Source: a virus
Reading direction: 5' to 3' (one strand)
IMG/VR virus record: IMGVR_UViG_3300045988_034719
Coordinates: 1 to 5,894 of that record
DNA: 5,894 bases
Part shown: piece after piece, positions 1 to 4,023 of the stretch
How the letters are laid out: each line of letters opens with the position of its first letter
Position numbering within the stretch: the stretch's first letter is position 1
Position numbers and translations under genes: made by a program
Notes under the pieces: model-generated
What the model saw: the letters and a program-made list of their open reading frames with translations, nothing else
What the model was told of the DNA's origin: nothing
The model's database searches: none

Positions 1-55
1 AGCAGGCAGCGAGAGCAGCACAGGCAGCGAAAGCACAACCGGCAGTGTGACAGCA
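1..55. repeat. Terminal redundancy, left copy. Exact 55-nt duplicate of 5840..5894, the signature of a circular genome or assembly overlap.
   Basis: Base-by-base comparison: agcaggcagcgagagcagcacaggcagcgaaagcacaaccggcagtgtgacagca occurs at both window ends. The reading frame of the 3' end ORF (5736..5894) continues seamlessly into 2..757. Confidence 0.95.
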
Positions 56-757
56 CCGCAGCAGATCGGAACGGCACAAATCAGCACACCAACAGGCATT
101 GCCACATTTGGCAACCAGAGCAGTGTAAACACCGCAAACGCACTGCAAATGATGAGCGGACTACTGAGCAACCTCGCAAACGCCGGGAGCCAAGCAAGCG
201 CCAAGAAGTACAACAGCGCAGAAGCAGCAGCAGAAAGAGCGTTTCAGAAGGAAATGCGCGGGACAGCCTATCAAGACACTGTAAAAGATATGATCGCAGC
301 GGGCATCAATCCTATCTTAGCAGCGACCAACGGCGCAACAAGCTCACCGTCAGGAGCATCTGCAAGCATTGGAAGCCAACGTTATAACCAGCAGAGCGCA
401 CAAGCCGCAAGCGTATCCGCAATGTACGAATATGGCAACAACACAGCAGAGCTAGCAGACAAATACTTACAGCTAGCAAAACAGAGCACCAGCGCAAAAC
501 AGTATAAAAGCGCGAAAAGCTGGGAGCAGGCAGCAAGCGAGCTGGCAAGCTCAAGCGCAAAACAGGTGCAACAGTACACCTATACAGCTAACAAGTTAAG
601 CACAGGCCTTGCGGATGCTGGTAAAGCAGCAAAAGACGCTGTAAAAAAGGCTGGTAAAGCAGCCAAAGAAAGTATTGACAAGGCAGCAAAAAAATATGCA
701 GAAAAACAGATTGAAAAATACCGATCTAGAAAATTTGACGCATACAGAGGAGAATAA
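2..757 (+). CDS. VP2: Microviridae VP2 (DNA pilot / minor capsid protein), 3' portion. The ORF starts at 5736 and wraps across the circular junction. Full length is about 286 aa.
   Basis: The frame is open from position 2, and the track's GTG at 47 is an internal Val. It contains the conserved gokushovirus VP2 motif FQKEMRGTAYQDTVKDMIAAGINPILA (compare the ..STAYQR.V.DM.AAGLNP.L. family motif). The middle is Q/A/S-rich and the C-terminus is Lys/Ala-rich and helical. Stop TAA at 755..757, followed by a terminator. Confidence 0.85.
   Translation, partial: AGSESSTGSESTTGSVTAPQQIGTAQISTPTGIATFGNQSSVNTANALQMMSGLLSNLANAGSQASAKKYNSAEAAAERAFQKEMRGTAYQDTVKDMIAAGINPILAATNGATSSPSGASASIGSQRYNQQSAQAASVSAMYEYGNNTAELADKYLQLAKQSTSAKQYKSAKSWEQAASELASSSAKQVQQYTYTANKLSTGLADAGKAAKDAVKKAGKAAKESIDKAAKKYAEKQIEKYRSRKFDAYRGE
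617..669 (+). repeat. 33-nt-period direct repeat inside VP2, encoding 11-residue (hendecad) repeats AGKAAKDAVKK / AGKAAKESIDK.
   Basis: gctggtaaagcagcaaaaga (617..636) recurs as gctggtaaagcagccaaaga (650..669), with 19/20 identity and an offset of exactly 33 nt. Confidence 0.7.
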
Positions 758-763
758 GAAAGG

Positions 764-794
764 AAGGGGGGATGGCAAAACATCCCCCCTTTTT
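764..794 (+). terminator. Rho-independent terminator downstream of VP2.
   Basis: Stem ggggggatg (766..774) pairs with catcccccc (781..789), loop gcaaaa. AA/TT extension, then T-tract ttttt (790..794). It lies 7 nt after the VP2 stop. Confidence 0.8.
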
Positions 795-832
795 GTAACA
801 ATAATCCAAAAAATAAAGAATGTGGAAAACTT

Positions 833-1001
833 GAGTTTTCAACACTTTCAACAGGTTTTCAACAACAAGTTGCACAAAGAAATTCGTCAAAATGACGAAC
901 ATTCAACAATTCAACAAGTTTTCAACAAAGTATTCAACAGGAAAAAAGGCAATAAATAAACGTAGAAGCGTTAAAAAAACGAGTTTTCAACACTTTCAAC
1001 A
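833..1001 (+). repeat. Iteron array: nine same-strand copies of TTCAACA in three clusters, including a perfect 21-bp direct repeat.
   Basis: TTCAACA starts at 838, 847, 858, 902, 910, 921, 933, 986 and 995. Within-cluster spacing is 8-12 bp. gagttttcaacactttcaaca occurs at both 833..853 and 981..1001. The extended form (A/G)GTTTTCAACA occurs at 834, 854, 917 and 982. The region is non-coding by my assessment. Confidence 0.85.
883..899 (+). other. Small perfect hairpin between iteron clusters.
   Basis: ttcgtca (883..889), aaa, tgacgaa (893..899): a 7-bp inverted repeat with a 3-nt spacer. Confidence 0.5.
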
Positions 1002-1020
1002 CTACTACTACTACTACTAC
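1001..1020 (+). repeat. Trinucleotide microsatellite (ACT)6AC.
   Basis: actactactactactactac read directly. It abuts the last TTCAACA iteron (995..1001) and lies 7-10 nt upstream of an AT-rich TAATATATAAA box (1028..1038). Confidence 0.95.
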
Positions 1021-1044
1021 AACAAGTTAATATATAAAGAAAGC

Positions 1045-1095
1045 GAGGTGTCAACCGGCACAAGATAGACAAGGAAGCTTGTGCCGGTAACAAAA
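1045..1095 (+). promoter_or_regulatory. VP4 translation-initiation region: SD GAGGTG (1045..1050), an 11-bp-stem hairpin (1054..1064 / 1078..1088, 13-nt loop), then 7 nt before ATG 1096.
   Basis: accggcacaag (1054..1064) is the perfect reverse complement of cttgtgccggt (1078..1088). Loop atagacaaggaag contains a second SD-like AAGGAAG. The alternative GTG start (1081) is inside the 3' stem arm. Confidence 0.5.
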
Positions 1096-2085
1096 ATGCC
1101 ATGTACAAAACCATTAGTATTTCAGATGGACACGAAAAAACCGCAACTGTGGGGAAGTCTGGAAAACCTATCCAAACAAGGACTGCAAACGGACATCATG
1201 GACGGAATCAAAAAAGGAAAATTCGCATTGTTACCATGCGGTAAGTGTGAGTATTGCAGAAAACAGATGGCTGATCAATGGGCAACCAGAATAGAGCTAG
1301 AGGCCAAAGAATGGGACGATGTGATTTTTCTAACGCTGACATATGACGATGAACATATCCCATACGGCGAGATTATCAAAGGCTACAGAAGCATTCAAAG
1401 TCAGACAGTAAGCAAACGAGACGTGCAGCTATTTATAAAGCGGCTACGAAAAGCATACAAGAAACCAATAAAATATTTCCTAGCTGCTGAATATGGCGAC
1501 AGAACAAAAAGACCGCACTACCATGCAATAGTATTTGGACTAAAACCACCGGATGCACAATGGTATAAAAACCAAAAGGGCAACAGCTATTTTAAAAGCG
1601 AGTGGCTAGAAAAAATCTGGGGCAAAGGCATGATAGACTTTTCACCAGCGCAACCGGGAAGTTTCGCATATGTGGCACAATACGTCAACAAAAAAGCCAT
1701 AGGCGCAGAGCAAGCGGCGAAATACTGGATGGAAGGCCGAGAGCCAGAGTTCCGCATCATGTCGAAAGGCATCGGCGAAAAGTATCTGAACGAACACAAA
1801 AACGAAATCTTGAAAACAGATAGCATCATCTGTGCAGGAGGCCGCAAGAAAAGGCCTCCGCGCTATTTTGATAAGATTCTAGATAAAGATACCAGCCAAG
1901 ACACAGAAAACTATTTTAGGGCACATTCTGACGAGCTGAGAGAGGTTAGAGCCAGACGCAGACGCAGCGCAATACAAAGTTTGGTCAATCTCGAGCAAAA
2001 CACAAGTGTAGATTATGAAACCTATCTCAACATTCAGAAAGAAAAAGACAAGCTAAAGCAAAAGTGGCGTGAGCCGAAAGCATAA
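1081..2085 (+). CDS. VP4: Microviridae VP4 replication initiation protein (HUH rolling-circle endonuclease). The alternative start ATG 1096 is equally plausible.
   Basis: Motifs read from the translation: CGKCEYCRKQMADQW (Cys cluster typical of gokushovirus VP4), FLTLTY (RCR motif 1), RPHYHAIVFG (HUH motif, H146/H148, nt 1516..1524), YVAQYVNKK (catalytic Tyr motif, Y197/Y201, nt 1669..1683). Starting at ATG 1096 gives MPCTKPL, a typical VP4 N-terminus. Confidence 0.9.
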   Translation: MPVTKMPCTKPLVFQMDTKKPQLWGSLENLSKQGLQTDIMDGIKKGKFALLPCGKCEYCRKQMADQWATRIELEAKEWDDVIFLTLTYDDEHIPYGEIIKGYRSIQSQTVSKRDVQLFIKRLRKAYKKPIKYFLAAEYGDRTKRPHYHAIVFGLKPPDAQWYKNQKGNSYFKSEWLEKIWGKGMIDFSPAQPGSFAYVAQYVNKKAIGAEQAAKYWMEGREPEFRIMSKGIGEKYLNEHKNEILKTDSIICAGGRKKRPPRYFDKILDKDTSQDTENYFRAHSDELREVRARRRRSAIQSLVNLEQNTSVDYETYLNIQKEKDKLKQKWREPKA

Positions 2086-2199
2086 CGCGCACAGCGCTAA
2101 CAAGGAATGGATTAGCCGAGCTCCGCATACGCTACGCACGGCAAGGCGCTAAAGCGCCATTCAAAACAAAGGAGCAAGACCTGCGCAAAAAATAAAAAC

Positions 2200-2228
2200 T
2201 TGACAAATGTAAAATTTTATGATATAAT
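2200..2228 (+). promoter_or_regulatory. Consensus sigma70/sigmaA promoter P1 (TTGACA, 17 nt, TGnTATAAT).
   Basis: TTGACA at 2200..2205, exact 17-nt spacer, TATAAT at 2223..2228, extended -10 TG at 2220..2221, A-rich UP-like tract aaaaaataaaaac upstream. The predicted TSS is near 2235, just upstream of the SD and ATG of the 2254 ORF. Confidence 0.75.
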
Positions 2229-2253
2229 AGATCATAGAAAGGGGGCAAACATT

Positions 2254-2433
2254 ATGCCATACAAATACAACGAAAAAGGAAAGGTGATCGGATACACACC
2301 TAGTATAGGAGGATTCATGAGAGAACCATACACCACAAACAAAAAAACGGGCGAATGGGAGAGCCGATCAGGGCAACTCACAAGACAAAGAATCAATCAA
2401 TTAGACAAAGAGAAAAAAATAGCATGGTTTTGA
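2254..2433 (+). CDS. Hypothetical small protein, 59 aa (MPYKYNEKGKVIGYTPSIGGFMREPYTT...).
   Basis: ATG 2254 is preceded by SD AAGGGGG (2239..2245) with an 8-nt spacer, downstream of P1. The track's TTG start at 2200 coincides with the -35 box and would lie upstream of the TSS. I recognise no family. Confidence 0.55.
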   Translation: MPYKYNEKGKVIGYTPSIGGFMREPYTTNKKTGEWESRSGQLTRQRINQLDKEKKIAWF

Positions 2434-2445
2434 GAGGTAAGCAAT

Positions 2446-2616
2446 ATGAAAGAGTACAAATTTTTGGTGAGAGTATATTTCAAAAACGGTACAAAAGAAC
2501 AAAGAACGTGGATAGAGACAACCAAAGACGCCAAGGAAAAAGCAAAAAAATGCAGAGAGGAAACAAACGTAACAAAAGTAACGCTTTACAGAATAGACCA
2601 AACATTTGAGTTTTAA
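2446..2616 (+). CDS. Hypothetical small protein, 56 aa (MKEYKFLVRVYFKNGTKEQRTWIETTKDAKEKAKKCREETNVTKVTLYRIDQTFEF). Not in the ORF track because it is under 60 aa.
   Basis: Hand translation. SD GAGAGG (2432..2437) lies 8 nt before ATG 2446. The sequence has a globular-looking beta-beta-alpha-beta residue pattern. The stop at 2614..2616 lies 4 nt before the -35 box of P2 (tight packing). The competing 2355..2609 frame is Lys/Arg low-complexity. Confidence 0.5.
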   Translation: MKEYKFLVRVYFKNGTKEQRTWIETTKDAKEKAKKCREETNVTKVTLYRIDQTFEF

Positions 2617-2620
2617 AAAG

Positions 2621-2648
2621 TTGACAAAAATCAAAAACATAGTAAAAT
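2621..2648 (+). promoter_or_regulatory. Near-consensus sigma70/sigmaA promoter P2 (TTGACA, 16 nt, TAAAAT) in front of the peptidase gene.
   Basis: TTGACA at 2621..2626 and TAAAAT at 2643..2648. The upstream context AAAAAGTTGACAAA closely resembles P1 (AAAAACTTGACAAA). Caveat: the predicted TSS (about 2655) falls at the SD, giving a very short leader. Confidence 0.55.
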
Positions 2649-2667
2649 AAGAATAGGAGAATTAAAC

Positions 2668-3060
2668 ATGGAAATCAAAGCATATGTAGTAGAAGAACAA
2701 GGAAACGAACAAATCACAGACCACTTCAAAGTAAAAGAATTCGCTTGCAAAGACGGGACACCAATCGTATTTGTTGACGATTATTTAGCAGTCATTCTAG
2801 AGATCGCAAGAAAAAAAATCAATAAACCAATCGTCATCACAAGCGGATACCGCACAATAAACCACAACAAAAAAGTAGGAGGAGCAAAATACAGCTACCA
2901 TACGAGAGGCATGGCAGCAGACATCAGAGCGAACGGAGTAACGCCAAAGGAACTTGCAAAAGTGCTAAACAGCATCGTACCAAACAGCGGCGGAATCATC
3001 GTATATGAAAACTGGGTGCATTTCGACACAAGAAATGAAAAATACAGAAAGGGGGTGTAA
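2668..3060 (+). CDS. Zinc D-Ala-D-Ala carboxypeptidase-like cell-wall peptidase, Peptidase M15 (M15_3/M15A-type). Candidate endolysin, 130 aa.
   Basis: Motifs: ITSGYRTINHNKKVGGAKYSYHTRGMAADI and WVHFDTR, giving the H-x6-D...H zinc triad (H78, D85, H118) and the SxHxxGxAxD signature of LAS/M15 peptidases. SD AGGAGA (2655..2660) lies 7 nt before the ATG. No signal peptide or TM segment is evident. Confidence 0.85.
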   Translation: MEIKAYVVEEQGNEQITDHFKVKEFACKDGTPIVFVDDYLAVILEIARKKINKPIVITSGYRTINHNKKVGGAKYSYHTRGMAADIRANGVTPKELAKVLNSIVPNSGGIIVYENWVHFDTRNEKYRKGV

Positions 3061-3062
3061 CA

Positions 3063-3179
3063 ATGGCACACAGAAGCGGAGCAGGTCGAGGCGATCAAAG
3101 ACGCTTTACCCAGACAGCAAAGAGGGTAAAAAATGTCAACGTCCGACCGAAGGTCTCACGCGGCGGCATCCGACTGTAA
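3063..3179 (+). CDS. Small basic DNA-binding/packaging protein (phiX J-like / gokushovirus ORF8-like), 38 aa. Not in the ORF track.
   Basis: Hand translation: MAHRSGAGRGDQRRFTQTAKRVKNVNVRPKVSRGGIRL. It is rich in Arg/Lys and ends in RGGIRL, resembling the C-terminal (M)RGGIR(L/F) that I recall in gokushovirus ORF8 proteins. SD GGGGGTG (3051..3057) lies 5 nt before ATG 3063. The start is 2 nt after the peptidase stop. Confidence 0.65.
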   Translation: MAHRSGAGRGDQRRFTQTAKRVKNVNVRPKVSRGGIRL

Positions 3180-3210
3180 GCAATACAAAACAAAGAAAGG
3201 AGGTGACTTA

Positions 3211-3327
3211 ATGGCATTAATCAAAGTCAAGGACGTTAAAGAAGCAATCGCGCTGATGATGAACATCCTTGAAAAGCTAGATGAAATCTACCACGCACTG
3301 AAAGACGCAAACAAAGACAAAGAATAA
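3211..3327 (+). CDS. Hypothetical 38-aa amphipathic helical protein (MALIKVKDVKEAIALMMNILEKLDEIYHALKDANKDKE).
   Basis: ATG 3211 is preceded by AGAAAGGAGGTGA (3194..3206), a 13-nt perfect complement to the canonical 16S rRNA 3' end and the strongest SD in the window. The track's longer 3133 start has no SD and overlaps the J-like ORF. Confidence 0.55.
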   Translation: MALIKVKDVKEAIALMMNILEKLDEIYHALKDANKDKE

Positions 3328-3337
3328 AGGAGAAAAC

Positions 3338-3592
3338 ATGAAACTGAAATTCTACTCATTCCACGATGCACTGACCAACGGCTACTCTCAGCCGTTTCTG
3401 CAGAACAACAGGGCACAGGCAGTCCGGACGGCACGATGGAAGGCCAACGAAAGCAAACCGAGTGAAATTGAAGATATTTCACTCGTAGAACTGGGCGAAT
3501 TCGACACGGAAACCGGCTACATGAGCGAGGCAATGCCTGAACACATCGCACGACTCATCGACCTGAAGGAGACGACAAATGCTAAATCCTGA
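3338..3592 (+). CDS. VP5: Gokushovirus VP5-like protein (non-structural, implicated in ssDNA synthesis/packaging), 84 aa.
   Basis: The pattern MKLKFYSFHD..YSQPF......AVRT........ED..LVELGEFDTETG matches the conserved VP5 layout (Y.QPF, A.R.F, ED..L.E.G.FD..TG). SD AAGGAG (3327..3332) lies 5 nt before the ATG. Confidence 0.8.
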   Translation: MKLKFYSFHDALTNGYSQPFLQNNRAQAVRTARWKANESKPSEIEDISLVELGEFDTETGYMSEAMPEHIARLIDLKETTNAKS

Positions 3593-3998
3593 TGTGATGG
3601 TAAGATACTACGGACTGCCGACCGAAAGAGCGGCAAACAATCCGGGCAGCAAGACCTCGCCAACGTGGAAAGCAGTTAAACGACCGAACGGCACAACCGA
3701 CTACATCGAGCAGCCGGACGAGGACACATACGAAAAAATCCAGAAAGCGGGCGAGGGCTACGACCTTGCAAGCGCGATCGCACGGCTGGAAGCAGGGGAT
3801 ACGAGCATCAAGGCAAAGAGCATGGTGTACACCGAAAACACTGAACTCGAAAATCTGCCGAAAGACATCATGACGATGCACGAAAAAGCAGAAGCAGCAG
3901 CCGAAACAATGGAACAGCTGAAACAGGTGCAGCAGACCGAACAGCCGAAGCCAGAAGAAAAAAAGGAAGAGGTGAAGGAAAACGAACCGAAACAGTGA
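3579..3998 (+). CDS. Putative internal scaffolding protein (VP3-like), 139 aa. The functional assignment is tentative.
   Basis: SD AAGGAG (3566..3571) lies 7 nt before ATG 3579. There is a 14-nt overlap with VP5, and the gene sits immediately upstream of VP1. The protein is acidic with a highly charged C-terminal tail (EQPKPEEKKEEVKENEPKQ). I can verify only weak resemblance to VP3 motifs. Confidence 0.55.
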   Translation: MLNPDVMVRYYGLPTERAANNPGSKTSPTWKAVKRPNGTTDYIEQPDEDTYEKIQKAGEGYDLASAIARLEAGDTSIKAKSMVYTENTELENLPKDIMTMHEKAEAAAETMEQLKQVQQTEQPKPEEKKEEVKENEPKQ

Positions 3999-4023
3999 AA
4001 ACCATTTCGCGCAAGTGCCGCGA

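Noticed and set aside
675-959. 94-aa + strand ORF spanning the VP2 3' end, the terminator and the iteron region (repeated QQVFN in translation).
   Set aside because: It overlaps VP2 out of frame and reads straight through a strong intrinsic terminator. It has no in-frame ATG or SD downstream of the terminator. Its apparent protein repeats are just the translation of the TTCAACA DNA iterons.
1021-1045. Possible XerC/XerD dif-like integration site (TATATA core) or phiX-like origin (CAAC...AT-rich), and other TTATG-containing stretches (e.g. 2213..2233).
   Set aside because: Aligning by eye to E. coli and B. subtilis dif consensus arms gives only about 4-8 of 11 matches per arm and no proper two-arm structure. 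Similarity to the phiX 30-nt origin or the geminivirus TAATATTAC nonanucleotide is limited to generic AT-richness. This is not enough to call.
1602-1823. 73-aa highly basic alternate-frame ORF inside VP4, a possible phiX-style overlapping gene.
   Set aside because: GTG start with no SD, and an Arg/His-rich composition typical of an off-frame read. No supporting motif. Only comparative synonymous-constraint analysis could revive it.
2087-2158. GC-rich hairpins after VP4 as an intrinsic terminator.
   Set aside because: The stems are short (4-6 bp) and no T-tract follows. Reported only as a low-interest structural observation.
2200-2253. TTG start at 2200 for the 77-aa version of the first small ORF.
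   Set aside because: The TTG is the first half of the TTGACA -35 box of promoter P1, so it would lie upstream of the transcription start. ATG 2254 has a proper SD.
2355-2609. 84-aa + strand ORF (MGEPIRATHKTKNQ...).
   Set aside because: It is a Lys/Arg/Gln low-complexity product of the A-rich sequence with no SD. It overlaps both the 2254..2433 and the 2446..2616 ORFs, which have SDs and more protein-like sequences. This cannot be fully excluded without comparative data.
3005-3211. 68-aa ORF, and the 3133 start of the 64-aa ORF, overlapping the J-like gene.
   Set aside because: No SD before either start and no recognisable motifs. The third frame yields a canonical small basic J/ORF8-like protein with an SD. 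The 3133 ORF is better explained by its internal ATG 3211, which sits behind a perfect SD.
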